Source: Blastocatellia bacterium
GTDB lineage: Bacteria > Acidobacteriota > Blastocatellia > UBA7656
Assembly: GCA_963832205.1 (NCBI GenBank)
Contig: CAWHTK010000020.1
Coordinates: 126,512-190,511 of the forward strand
Reading direction: 5' to 3'
DNA: 64,000 nt
Shown: piece after piece, positions 38,928 to 49,132 of the stretch
How positions within the stretch are numbered: the stretch's first letter is position 1
How the letters are laid out: each line of letters begins with the position of its first letter
Position numbers and translations under genes: made by a program
The notes under the pieces: generated by a model
What the model was told of the DNA's origin: nothing
The model's input: the letters and a program-made list of their open reading frames with translations, nothing else
Databases searched by the model: none

Positions 38928-41635
38928 TTAGCTCACGCCAAGCATTCGACCGATGGCCTCGAAAGCGGCTTCCAGAGCCTGATCCAGCTTTTCGGGCTCG
39001 TTGCCGCCGCCCGTAGCCATATCGGCGCGGCCGCCGCCCTTGCCTCCCATGACGGCCGATACCTCGCGCACGATCTGGCCCGCGTTCAATCGCTTCGTCA
39101 GATCATCCGTCACGCGGGCGACAAGCGAAGCCTTGCCGTTGGTGGCCTGCCCCAGGACGACGACCCCCGACTTGAGTTTTTGGGAGAGATTGTCGGCAAG
39201 TTGGCGCATCGCGTTCGCGTCGAGGTCCGACACGCGGCGCGAGAGCACCTTTACTCCGCCGACCTCGCGCGCGCTCGTCGCCGCCTCGCCCGCTTCGGTC
39301 TGGGCCATCTTCAGTTTTAGCTGGTCAAGCTCGCGCTCGTAGCGGCGCACCTGGTCTATAAGCTTTTCGACCTGCGCGGGAATATCCTCCATGCGCGTCT
39401 TGAGCCGGTCGCCGAGCTGGCGGATTATCTGCTCGTCGTTTTGAAGTCGCGCGATGGCGGCGTCGGCCGTTATCGCTTCGAGCCGCCTCACGCCCGCCGC
39501 GATGGATGAATCGCTGATGATCTTTAACGGCCCGATGTCGCCGGTCGCGTGTACGTGAGTGCCGCCGCACAGCTCCGTGGAAAAGCCCGGCACGCTCACC
39601 ACCCGCACGTCCGAGGCGTACTTTTCCCCGAACAGCGCCATCGCGCCAGACGAGAGCGCTTCTTCAAGCGGTTTGATCTCGGTCTCGAGCTGCGCGGTTC
39701 TGTAGTACCTGCGTATTGACGAGCCGCTCGATCTCCGCGATCTCTTCATCCGTGAGCGGCGCATAGTGTGTGAAGTCAAATCTCAAGCGGTCGGGCGCGA
39801 CAAGCGAGCCCGCCTGCTTGACGTGCGGCCCGAGCACTTCGCGAAGCGCCGCGTGCAAAAGGTGCGTGCCCGTGTGGTTGGCCTTGATGCGGCGGCGGCG
39901 CTCGGCGTCAACGCGGGCCGTGAGCGCATCACCCACGCGCAATCGTGCCGCGCTCGACTTTCGTCTTATGCAGGTAAAAGCCGTTGACTACCGAATAAGT
40001 ATCTTCGACCGCGGCGATGCCGTTATCGCCTTCGAGCACGCCGGTGTCGCCGATCTGGCCGCCCGCCTCCGAATAAAACGGCGTGCGGTCCAGGATGATC
40101 TCGCCCGTCTCGCCCGCGCTGAGGCTTTCGCGCTCGTCGTCGCCCACGATGATGGCGAGCACGCGCGCGCCCGAAGTCTCCGTTTCGACGTAGCCGCGTG
40201 AATTCGGTCTTGCGGCAGTTTCTCGGAAACCTTCGTGTAGATTTCGCGGCCACGGCGCGACGCGGCTTCGGCGGCCATCGACGCGCCGCTCTGCTGCTGA
40301 AGCTCGCGGAGCGCCGCGTCGAATTGCTCGTTGAACTCCTCCTCCATGAGGTCGAACCCGTTCTGCCGGAGCATGACGAGTATCATGTCGCGCGGCACGC
40401 CGTACGTGTCGTATGTTCTGGCAAGCTCGAGCATCGGCGGCGGCGCGGGACTGTAACGCTCGAAGACTTCGGCAAGCCGCGGCTCGCCCACGGTGAGTAT
40501 GCGGCCGAAGCGCTATCTCCTCGCCTCGCACAGTCTCTTCTATGGCCGGGCGCGAGTGAATAAGCTCCGGGTAAGGCTCGGCCATGAAATCGACGACGAA
40601 GTCGGTGATCCGGTGAAAGAACGGCGGCTTCAACCCGAGACCTTTTACGCCGTGATAGATCGCGCGGCGCATGATTTTGCGCAGCACGTAGTTGCGCCCC
40701 ACGTTGCCGGGCGCGATGCCGTCCGCGATCGAAAAGGCCGTCGTCCGCGCGTGGTCGGCAAGCACGCGCATGGCGAATCCTTCCGGCGAGTCGTAGACGT
40801 ATTCGTGGCCGCTCAGCTCTGCGATGAAATCGATGATCGGCTTTAGCAGGTCGGTGTCGTAATTCGATGCGACGCCCTGTATGACCGCCGTCACGCGCTC
40901 GAGCCCCGCGCCGGTGTCAACGGATGGGGCGGGGAGCGGGTCGAGCCTGTATTCGTTTTCGCCCGTCTTTATCCGGTTGAACTGCATGAAGACGAGGTTC
41001 CATATTTCGAGCGTCGTGTCGCCCGGCCCGTTGACGTACTCGCGGCGGTTAAACTCCGGGTCTTCGGGGTTCGGCCCCTGATAGTAATGAATCTCGGAGC
41101 AAGGGCCGCACGGGCCGGTCTCGCCCATCTGCCAGAAGTTGTCCTTGCGGCCGAATCGCATTATGCGGTCGGGCGGCGCGCCCACCTGCTCCCAGTAACG
41201 CGCCGCGTCTTCGTCGGCCGAGACCTCCGAGTCGCCTTCATAGACCGTGAACCACAACCTCTTCGGGTCGAGCTTGAATTCGTTTACGAGCAAGTCCCAG
41301 GCAAAGTATATGGCCTCTTTCTTGAAGTAATCGCCGAACGAGAAATTGCCGAGCATCTCGAAGAACGTATGATGGCGGCTCGTGCGGCCGACTTCGTCCA
41401 GGTCGTTGTGCTTGCCGCCCGCGCGCACGCATTTTTGCGACGAAGCGGCGCGGGTGTAATCGCGCTCCTCAAGGCCGAGGAATACGTCCTTGAACTGATT
41501 CATCCCGGCGTTAGTGAAAAGCAGCGTCGGGTCGTTAGCGGGCAGAAGCGGCGAGCTGCGCACGACGCGATGGCCGCGCGCGGCAAAGTAATCGAGGAAT
41601 CTCTTTCTAATTTCGTTTCCGGTCATAACAGTCAT
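38928..41635 (-). CDS. alaS: alanine-tRNA ligase with at least four apparent frame disruptions
   Basis: N-terminal catalytic core ([40 protein letters not shown]) in ORF 39929..41635. Middle segments lie in other frames (39988..40491 ..[18 protein letters not shown]..; 39664..39942 ..[37 protein letters not shown]..). C-terminal editing/DHHA1 region is in 38928..39779 (..CGGTHV.. [15 protein letters not shown]). Confidence 0.85.
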
Positions 41636-41791
41636 CTTTATTAGTCAAGTTCGAGAATGGGATTATAGCAAACCGGCATTTGATGGGACAGCAGACCCCG
41701 CGCGCGCTAACACCGTAAGCCCATCGGCTATGTCAGGCGGCGCTTGAAATATCGTCTGACCAGACCGACTATGACAAGGAAAGGTGAGCCT

Positions 41792-42058
41792 ATGATCTCT
41801 TATAAAGACTTCGCTCCGAAACAGGTAAACCGCTCGGGCTTCTTAAGACAGGCGGAATATGAAACATTCGATGAGGCGGTCGAGGCGGCCGGAGCATGGA
41901 TAGAGCAGGGCGCTGTTACGGTGATAAACGTCGAGACGGTCGTGTTGCCGAACATATGGGGGCAATTTGAGGAAGGTACCGAAGATGTTGCGCTAGCCAC
42001 GGCCGAGGGATACGCCGTCTGGCACCAGTTCGTCAGGGTCTGGTACAAGTCGCGATAG
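41792..42058 (+). CDS. small hypothetical protein
   Basis: aaggtgag RBS plus ATG at 41792 (MISYKDFAPKQV...). No homology recognised. Confidence 0.4.
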   Translation: MISYKDFAPKQVNRSGFLRQAEYETFDEAVEAAGAWIEQGAVTVINVETVVLPNIWGQFEEGTEDVALATAEGYAVWHQFVRVWYKSR

Positions 42059-42065
42059 ATTTTGA

Positions 42066-42791
42066 TCAGACTAATTCACCGCGCGACAGTTCAGCGTCCT
42101 GTTCGTCCTTGATGCGCAATATATCCATCAACAGGCCAGTGTTCGACAGCGTCTTTATCGTGGGGTTGTAAGACTCTTCTGATCTCCTGAATTCAAAAGT
42201 GCCCTCGTTGGCGTCGAGGAACTTCGACAGCGCGTCGGTGCCCGCCAAATCTCGGGCCACCGCCCCGGCGATAAGGCCGGAGTTGAACTGTATGTCGCCC
42301 GTCAGATCGGGCAGCGTCAGCGTGAGCGCGCCGGTCATCCGCGAGTTTTCGATCATCTGAATCGCGTCGAAAAGACTGACGGCCGCCAGGTTGCCCATAA
42401 AGAGACTCTGAGACTCCGCGCCCTCAGCCCGGGTCTTGCGGACGGCGGCCTGTTCGGGCGGCGGCTCTGGCAGCACCAGCGGTTTGCCTTCGATAAGACT
42501 TTCGAGCGCGGCCTGCTGGTCAGCTTTGAGCCAGAGAAAATGCACGCCCATGCCGATCTGCGGCATGCTGTAGCGGACCTCGGCGTCGGTCTCGATCATC
42601 ACGCCCTTGATCTTGAACCTGAGCCGCACCCTCGTGCCCGGCGCGTAGCAGGTCATCGAATCGATGAAAGCGCCGGTGAGGCTGATGTCGTTGATGCGGG
42701 TGGAAAGTCGGCTTATGCCATCGCCTTCACACTCCACTTCGCATATGTGGCTTATGCGCTTTGCTGAGCGCCGTTCGTTACTTTTAATCAT
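42066..42791 (-). CDS. PilZ-domain protein with C-terminal DUF4388-like domain
   Basis: N-terminal RRSAKRISHICEVECE...DISLTGAFID (PilZ RxxxR / DxSxxG motifs). The C-terminal ..GALTLTLPDLTGDIQFNSGLIAGA.. resembles DUF4388. Confidence 0.6.
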   Translation of the reverse strand: MIKSNERRSAKRISHICEVECEGDGISRLSTRINDISLTGAFIDSMTCYAPGTRVRLRFKIKGVMIETDAEVRYSMPQIGMGVHFLWLKADQQAALESLIEGKPLVLPEPPPEQAAVRKTRAEGAESQSLFMGNLAAVSLFDAIQMIENSRMTGALTLTLPDLTGDIQFNSGLIAGAVARDLAGTDALSKFLDANEGTFEFRRSEESYNPTIKTLSNTGLLMDILRIKDEQDAELSRGELV

Positions 42792-42825
42792 CGCCGTACC
42801 ACTCTCTGTAGTGCTGAAAAGGTGA

Positions 42826-42950
42826 TGGGCGAGAGGATGAAGGGGTGAGGAATTGTCTATGAAATAGCATTTGGAATTTGAAAGAGCATATCTCAGCTAT
42901 TCATCTTTCACCCTTTCACCCCTTCATCCTATTCATCCTTCATCTCTCTA
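42826..42950. repeat. MITE-like element with gatgaagg heptamer arms (R6), overlapping the recX 3' end
   Basis: Left arm gagaggatgaaggggtgagg; core catttggaatttgaaagagcatatctcagc; right arm ttcaccctttcaccccttcatcctattcatccttcatctc. The last codons of recX (E M K D E stop) are encoded by the right arm. Confidence 0.6.
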
Positions 42951-43522
42951 AGGGCGCGGAGCCTGCGTATTATCAAATCGTACTCGAAGCCTTGCCTCGC
43001 CAGATGATCGAACATTCGCTTCTCGCCCGCGCGGTCGGCGGGCTGCCCGTGCGTGCGTATCCGCTTGGCGATGGCGCGGTCTATAAGCTCCTCTTCGGAG
43101 ACCTCTTCGAACACCGTCTCGAGTGCCGTGTCGATCATCTGTCTCGGCACCTTCTTTGTCGCAAGCTCCCGCGCTATCCGCGACCGCCCTACGGGCTTCA
43201 TCGCCACGCGGTGGCTCGCATAGTTACTGGCGAAAGACTGGTCGTTTACATACCCGAGTTCTTTCAGCCGCTCAATGCACCGCTCAACCGTCTCCGGGTC
43301 GGCCCAGGGCTTATCGAGCAGGCGCTCGCGCAGTTGCTCCTCGCTGCGGGGTCGCGCCGCCAATATCTTCAGCGCCCGCGCCATGGTCTTTTGGCGCGCC
43401 TTCTCGGGGCTTAATTCGCGCCTCGCCTGAGCCTCGTCTTCAATATCGTCGGGGCGCGGCTTGCCCGTGCGGCCGCGCGCGCCGCCTACCTTGTCACCTG
43501 TTCTGTGCCTTCTAAAAGCCAA
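42929..43522 (-). CDS. recX: recombination regulator RecX
   Basis: ..ARALKILAARPRSEEQLRERLLDK...ERCIERLKELGYVNDQSFASNYASHRV...IRRLRAL are the three RecX helical repeats. Confidence 0.8.
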   Translation of the reverse strand: MAFRRHRTGDKVGGARGRTGKPRPDDIEDEAQARRELSPEKARQKTMARALKILAARPRSEEQLRERLLDKPWADPETVERCIERLKELGYVNDQSFASNYASHRVAMKPVGRSRIARELATKKVPRQMIDTALETVFEEVSEEELIDRAIAKRIRTHGQPADRAGEKRMFDHLARQGFEYDLIIRRLRALREMKDE

Positions 43523-44694
43523 TTTACGAACTGTTTTGTCTCGGGCTTCGATGCGTCGAGCGAGCCGGTGCGCTTGCGCACCCGCTCCATGTCTTCGCGC
43601 GCCTGGTCCGCGGCCGATCTTATGCCTGCGACTCTCAAGCGGAATTCGTCGGGGTTCGTTGCTCCGTTGAGCGCCTCTTCGTATGTTATCAACCCGCGCG
43701 TGTACAGATCAAACAGCGACTGGTCGAAGGTCTGCATCCCGTACTGCGACGTGCCCTGCGCTATGGCATCGCGTATCATCGAGGTCTTTTCCGGGTGAAG
43801 TATGCAGTCGCGTATGTACGCCGTCACGATCATCACCTCGACGGCCGGCACGCGACCCTGTATAGACTCGGCCGCCCGCACCAGCCGCATGGAGATCACC
43901 GACTTCAATACGCTGGCGAGCTGGAGCCTGATGGCCCGCTGCTGGTGTGGCGGGAAGACCGACACTATGCGGTTGATCGTTTCGGTCGCGTCGAGCGTGT
44001 GCAGGGTTGAAAGTACGAGGTGCCCGGTCTCGGCGGCGGTTATCGCCGTCTCTATGGTTTCGTAATCGCGCATCTCGCCCACCAGTATCACGTCCGGGTC
44101 CTGGCGCAGCGCGCCGCGCAGGGCCTCGGAAAAGCTGCGCGTGTCAACGTCGACCTCGCGCTGGTTCACGTAAGATTTCTTGTCGCGGTGCAGAAACTCT
44201 ATCGGGTCTTCTATGGTAACGATGTGTCCGGTGCGCGTGCGATTTATGTAGTCGATAATGGCCGCGAGCGTCGTCGATTTGCCCGACCCCGTAGAGCCGG
44301 TCACCAGCACGAGGCCGCGCGGCTCGTTCGATATCTTATCGATGACCGGCGGCAGCCGCAGCTCTTCTATCGTGCGCACCGTCGTCGGTATGACCCTCAG
44401 CACCATCCCCACCGTGCCGCGCTGCTGAAAAATGTTGCAGCGGAAACGGCCCAGCCCCGATACCCCGTAAGCAATATCTATCTCGGCCTGCTCGCTGAAG
44501 CGTTGCTTCTGCCGATTATTCATTATCGAGAACGCCATGTTGAGCGTGTCTTCGGCGGAGAGCCGCTGAGCCTCGACCATAGGCTGCAATTCGCCATTGA
44601 TTCGCATGAAAGGGAAGCTGCCCGCCTTTACGTGCAGATCCGATGCGCCTTTGCTGCAGGCGATTGTCAGCAGTTGATCAATACTCGGTGACAT
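43486..44694 (-). CDS. pilT: type IV pilus retraction ATPase PilT/PilU family
   Basis: Walker A LVTGSTGSGKSTTLAAIIDY, HIVTIEDPIEFLH, Walker B/Asp box ILVGEMRD, His box LVLSTLHT. 402 aa. Confidence 0.85.
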   Translation of the reverse strand: MSPSIDQLLTIACSKGASDLHVKAGSFPFMRINGELQPMVEAQRLSAEDTLNMAFSIMNNRQKQRFSEQAEIDIAYGVSGLGRFRCNIFQQRGTVGMVLRVIPTTVRTIEELRLPPVIDKISNEPRGLVLVTGSTGSGKSTTLAAIIDYINRTRTGHIVTIEDPIEFLHRDKKSYVNQREVDVDTRSFSEALRGALRQDPDVILVGEMRDYETIETAITAAETGHLVLSTLHTLDATETINRIVSVFPPHQQRAIRLQLASVLKSVISMRLVRAAESIQGRVPAVEVMIVTAYIRDCILHPEKTSMIRDAIAQGTSQYGMQTFDQSLFDLYTRGLITYEEALNGATNPDEFRLRVAGIRSAADQAREDMERVRKRTGSLDASKPETKQFVNWLLEGTEQVTR

Positions 44695-44875
44695 TGGCGA
44701 TGCCTCTGGATACGCGGCCGACTACTGGCGCGGCATGGGAGTCGGGATAGCAGACAGAGAAGATGAGGGGCAGAAATGATGCTTGCTTCGTCAGACGCCA
44801 ATGACCGTACGGGGCCTGACCTCAAGCGTCCGTATTATAGACTTAACCCGAAACGGCGGCAACAGTAATCACCGG

Positions 44876-45985
44876 TCACTGCTGGTTCTGACCGGGGTAT
44901 CTAAATTTGATCTCATTGCCGTTGCTCAGCAAGCGGGTGATCTTGTACGAAGCCGGGAATTTCGCGTCGCGCTCGAATTCGAACCTGTAAGTCCCGACCT
45001 CGCCGGAAGCGAGCGCGGCGGGCGGGACATCAACCGTGATCGTTTCGGCGGGCGCGTTTGCCTCGCGCTGTAGCGATAGCTCGACGGTCAGGTTATCAAG
45101 CGCATTGCCCGATATGTTTTCAACCGAGCCGCTCGCCACGTCTCTGTTCGTCCCTTTTATCTGTTCGTTTTTGTTAGGGAGGACTTTGGCCTTCGGCTCG
45201 AGCGCCGCCCGGCGTTCTTCTTCGGCCTGCCTGCCGCTATAGAAAGCCATCTGCTTGTTGACCCACCCTCTGAAAGAAGGGATGCCGTAGTATGCGCCAA
45301 TCGCGCCCGCGACAAGCAGCACGATCAGCAGCAGCGCGATTGTGCCCCCGCGCCCCGCTTTTTCATCCGAGGCTTTGCCGTAACGGCTGAGCCCGCTGAT
45401 GCCCGCATCTTCCGCCGGCCGAACCGGCTCTCCGAGCACGAGCGGGCCGCCGCCCGGCGCCTCCGAGGCGATCCCGAGGACTGAGCCCGCGGTCTTCTTA
45501 TGCGCGATATTCGCCTGTCGCGAAGGCTGCGCCGCAATGTCCATTGCCTGCGCCACGCTCGGCGTCGGCCGGTCCACTTTCGCCGGCGGCGCGTCGAATC
45601 GTTCGCTGCCGAGCGCCCTCGTCTGCGACCGCCGCTCTACGAAATCGGACTGCTCGCGCGGCGTGAGCGGCTCAATGCGCGGCGGCTCGAAACTCTCGCG
45701 CCGCCCCATGGGCTCGATCCGCGGCGGGACGAACCTTTCGCGGCCCGCGGAGCCGGCCACTCGCGCCTCGCGCTCCTCCTCATCACCGCGAGGGCGGCTC
45801 GGCTCGGAAGGCTCGGCGGTTTGCTCCGCGAGAGGCGGTACGATTTCGCCCGGTTCGGAGGCGAGCAGCCGCGTCTGTTTTGCTTCCTTCCGCTCCTCGG
45901 GTTTCGAGATTCTTCCAGACCCCTTCATCAAAGACGGTCGCTTCATCCTTGACCGGCGCCTGGACCAGTGGACGCGTTTCATCAT
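44876..45985 (-). CDS. hypothetical Pro/Glu-rich membrane protein (probably continuous with 46174..46464 through further frame errors)
   Basis: Low-complexity PE-rich N-terminal half, one transmembrane helix (IALLLIVLLVAGAIGAYYGI), and a C-terminal region of about 130 aa with no homology. Confidence 0.4.
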   Translation of the reverse strand: MMKRVHWSRRRSRMKRPSLMKGSGRISKPEERKEAKQTRLLASEPGEIVPPLAEQTAEPSEPSRPRGDEEEREARVAGSAGRERFVPPRIEPMGRRESFEPPRIEPLTPREQSDFVERRSQTRALGSERFDAPPAKVDRPTPSVAQAMDIAAQPSRQANIAHKKTAGSVLGIASEAPGGGPLVLGEPVRPAEDAGISGLSRYGKASDEKAGRGGTIALLLIVLLVAGAIGAYYGIPSFRGWVNKQMAFYSGRQAEEERRAALEPKAKVLPNKNEQIKGTNRDVASGSVENISGNALDNLTVELSLQREANAPAETITVDVPPAALASGEVGTYRFEFERDAKFPASYKITRLLSNGNEIKFRYPGQNQQ

Positions 45986-46173
45986 ACGAAATCGGCTCTC
46001 GGGCCTGGGGCACGGGCTCGCTTTCGACAGGTTTGCTTTGCGCGATCTCGGGCTCGGCGGCGCGATTAAGCGGCAGCGTCTCCCTTACCGGCTCCCTTTG
46101 CGGCGCGGGCGGCTCGACAATCTCCGGCTCCGGCTCGAACTTCTGAGCGAACTCGCGCGGAGGCTCCGCCTCT

Positions 46174-46464
46174 TCAACAAATGGTTCGGCTGAAAGCTCG
46201 CTCGTCTCGCGCTCGCGCCATCTCCGGCGCGGCCTCGATCTCAGGCTCCGCGGGAGGGCTCGCTTGAGCGCGCGGCGTCGCGTTCACGAATATGCTATGC
46301 ATCGAGAGGTTCCAGTTCTCTTCGGCCTCTTTCTCCGTCTTCTTGACCCGCCGCGAAAAATAGACCACCAGCCCCACGGCCAGCATCAACACCAGCACTA
46401 CGCCGATGATTACAAAGATCGAAAGCTTTTGCTGAAGTAGAATGAGAAGTAGAGCTGAATACAT
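46174..46464 (-). CDS. small membrane-anchored fragment (likely the N-terminus of the protein above)
   Basis: MYSALLLILLQQKLSIFVIIGVVLVLMLAVGLVVYF transmembrane helix followed by EPEIEAAPE low-complexity sequence. Confidence 0.3.
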   Translation of the reverse strand: MYSALLLILLQQKLSIFVIIGVVLVLMLAVGLVVYFSRRVKKTEKEAEENWNLSMHSIFVNATPRAQASPPAEPEIEAAPEMARARDERAFSRTIC

Positions 46465-46468
46465 TGTC

Positions 46469-47947
46469 TTAATGCCCTGCCTTTAATTTATTCGGCGCTG
46501 CCCAGACCGCCCGGATCGCGTCGAGTATTATCGCCTCTTCATGTTCGGCCACGGTGCGCAAATCCACAAGCACTCGGTCGCGTTCGGTGCGCGTAATTAT
46601 GGCCGTCGTATGCCCGCGGAGTCGCTGCTCTAATGACTCGGCCGACATGCCTTCGCACTCAAGCGCGACCAGCACTGTCGGGAGCTTCACGTCGGGCGCC
46701 GATCCTCCGCCTATGACCGAGTCTCCCTCTTCAAGCGACGCGCGCAATCGAGCGGGCGCAACCTTGTTGATCGACTCCGAGAAGCGGGCCGCGCGCTCGC
46801 GTATCTCGCCGGTCGTCTCGGCTATGGCCCGCATGACCGGCAGGCCCAGCAGATCGCGCTCGTAGAGTCTGAGCGTTGCTTCGAGCGCGGCATAAGTGAG
46901 CTTATCTACGCGCAACGCGCGCATCAACGGATTGCGCCTGACTTGAGAGATGATTTCACGCGTGCCCGCGATGATGCCCGCCTGCGGGCCGCCCAACATC
47001 TTGTCGCCGCTGAAGGAGACGACCGATATGCCCGCGCGCAGGGAATCACTCACGACCGGCTCATCCGTCACGCCGTAGCGGGCGAGGTCTGTTAAACAGC
47101 CTGAGCCGAGGTCCTCGAAAGACGGGATGTTTCGGCTGCGCGCAAGCTCGGCGATCTCGCCGGCCGTCGGGCGCTCTGTAAATCCGATGATGCGATAATT
47201 CGACGGGTGGACCCTGAGTATCAAGCGAGTGCGCTCGTTTATCGCCCGCTCGTAATCTTCTATGCGCGTGCGGTTGGTCGTCCCGACCTCGCGCAGCCGC
47301 GCGCCGCTCTTCTCGCAAACTTCCGGTATGCGGAAGCTGCCGCCTATCTCGACCAGCTCGCCGCGCGACACGATGACTTCGCCGCCTTCTGCCAGGGTGT
47401 TGAGCACCAGCAGCACGGCCGCCGCGTTGTTATTGGCGACCACCGCGTCTTCGCTCGCCGCGAGCCGCGCGATCAGCTCCTGGCAGTGCGACTCGCGCCG
47501 GCCGCGCCCGCCCCGCTCGACGTCGTATTCGAGGTTCGAGTACCCGGCGGCCGTCTCGTTGATCGCGTCTATGGCCGCGCGGGCAAGCGGCGCGCGGCCG
47601 AGGTTCGTGTGTATGATGACGCCGGTCGCGTTGATGACGCGCCGGAGCGAGGGCCTGATCGCCTTTGCGGCCTCCTGTTCGAGCCGCCGCTCGATCTCTG
47701 AAATCAGGTCGTCAGAAGTCAGAAGGCAGGAGTCGAGATTTGAAATGAGGCGCTCAGCGCCGATTTCAGATTCCCTCCGACTGCCGACTGCTGACTCCTG
47801 ACTCTAATAATTCTTCGCGCAAGCGGTCGGTGATCGAGCGCAGGAGGTCTCGCACCCTTTCGCGGCTCAAGTCTTCAGATAGTCGCTCGGCCAGGGGCCT
47901 TGCGAGCAGCCGCTCGATTGAGGGCAGCGATCTAAGAAGGTCTTCCA
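46469..47947 (-). CDS. selA: L-seryl-tRNA(Sec) selenium transferase, interrupted by a 97-bp repeat element between the N-terminal and core domains
   Basis: N-terminal frame MEDLLRSLPSIERLLARPLAERL...ITDRLREELLES stops at a TGA inside the element. The core frame opens after a TAG, also inside the element, and reads DLISEIERRLEQEAAKAIRPSLRRVINATGVIIHTNLGRAPL...VVANNNAAAVLLVLNTLAEGGEVIVSRGELVEIGG...FSGDKMLGGPQAGII (PLP-Lys region) through 46469. Confidence 0.7.
47709..47805. repeat. MITE-like palindromic element (tttgaaat family, R7) inserted in the selA coding region
   Basis: gtcagaagtcagaaggcaggagtcgagatttgaaat gaggcgctcagcgcc gatttcagattccctccgactgccgactgctgactcctgac. Imperfect terminal inverted repeats of about 36 nt with a palindromic centre ggcgctcagcgcc. 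Length 97 nt (not a multiple of 3). Confidence 0.65.
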
Positions 47948-48102
47948 TGATTTCAGTTGACACCGAATGGCGCCTGCCGTACATTCTAACACACCCCCAA
48001 GTCATAGATGTAAGCCCCGCCAGGTGAGTTGCGTAATGGATCCTAAAACATTAAACCCACATAGACCAGGACCTCGACCGGCTTGAGCAAGACATCAGGC
48101 GG

Positions 48103-48612
48103 TTGAAAGTTGAGTACGACATATTCTTCAGCGGCGGCACCATTCGCCCGCCGCTCGACACGAGAGGGCGCGTTGAGACGATGATCAAGCGGCTCTACGA
48201 TTCGCGCGGCATGTCGTTCGGCCACCGCTTCCGCTATAACAGCCTCGTGGCGCGCTACAACGTCATGCGCGAGCTGTGGCGACGCCAGACGCAGGACCGC
48301 GAGCAGAGCGGCCGGCCGCCTACGGTCGAGGCGCAGGTCGCCATGCGCGAGCACACCGCGACGGTCAGGTGTAATGACCCGCGAAGCGAGCCGGAGAAGG
48401 TCAGCGAGCTGTACGATCACCTGATTGCGGCCAAACGCGAATGCGGCGAGCGCATAGGCGCATTGACACTCGAACTGTTCGGCATGTTCATGACAACGCG
48501 CGCCGACGAGATAAAGAGCCACCTCTCGGCCGATGAAGTGGAGTTCGTAGTCGGCGTGGATAATGGCCGCGTGCGATTCACCGCGAGGCCGGCCGATAGA
48601 AAGAGCGCCTGA
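48103..48612 (+). CDS. hypothetical protein
   Basis: 169-aa ORF with protein-like composition and no recognised domain. Confidence 0.3.
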   Translation: MKVEYDIFFSGGTIRPPLDTRGRVETMIKRLYDSRGMSFGHRFRYNSLVARYNVMRELWRRQTQDREQSGRPPTVEAQVAMREHTATVRCNDPRSEPEKVSELYDHLIAAKRECGERIGALTLELFGMFMTTRADEIKSHLSADEVEFVVGVDNGRVRFTARPADRKSA

Positions 48613-48653
48613 GTCGCGGGCGGCGCAAGAAGGCTCGCAAATAAAGGGTTAGC

Positions 48654-48686
48654 CAAAAAAATCGCCCTGCCTCGCGAGACAGGGCG
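48654..48686 (-). terminator. rho-independent terminator of the cold-shock gene
   Basis: Hairpin cgccctgcctcgcgagacagggcg followed on the minus strand by ATTTTTTT. Confidence 0.4.
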
Positions 48687-48709
48687 CGGTAGTTGCCTTG
48701 GGGTAAACC

Positions 48710-48916
48710 TTATACTTTTTTCACCGTTTCGGCTTGCGGTCCCTTCGGGCCCTGGATTATCTCGAACTCAACCACCTCCCCCTGCTTGAGGGATTTGTAT
48801 CCATCCGTCTGAATGGCCGAGTAATGCACGAAAACATCCGCGCCACCCGGCTGTTCGATAAAGCCATAGCCCTTGGCATTGCTGAACCACTTGACCTTGC
48901 CTTGCGATGTAGTCAT
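48710..48916 (-). CDS. cold-shock protein (CspA family)
   Basis: [36 protein letters not shown]...[10 protein letters not shown] carries the RNP1/RNP2 motifs. ggaggagga RBS. Long 5' UTR of about 215 nt. Confidence 0.85.
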   Translation of the reverse strand: MTTSQGKVKWFSNAKGYGFIEQPGGADVFVHYSAIQTDGYKSLKQGEVVEFEIIQGPKGPQAETVKKV

Positions 48917-49132
48917 TCGATGGTCCTCCTCCACATCCGTTACGATTGTTGATCCGCGCGCCTGAGCGTCAGGTTTCCGCCGTCTGTACGCGCCGGGCAA
49001 AGCGCCTGATTCTTTGCACGACACGCAAAACCTAAATAGAAAGCCGCAAAGCGAAGCTCGCCACCTTTGAGCTTCCCTTTGCGGCTTCTTATATGGCTTT
49101 CACTGCGTGATGCTCAAGCTCTGTAACCGCTT

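Noticed and set aside
49040-49085. Hairpin aagccgcaaag...ctttgcggctt in the csp upstream region, considered as a cold-shock 5'-UTR regulatory element.
   Set aside because: It is equally consistent with a terminator for the upstream S8 remnant (T-rich tract on the minus strand). No cold-box consensus was recognised, so it is left uncalled.
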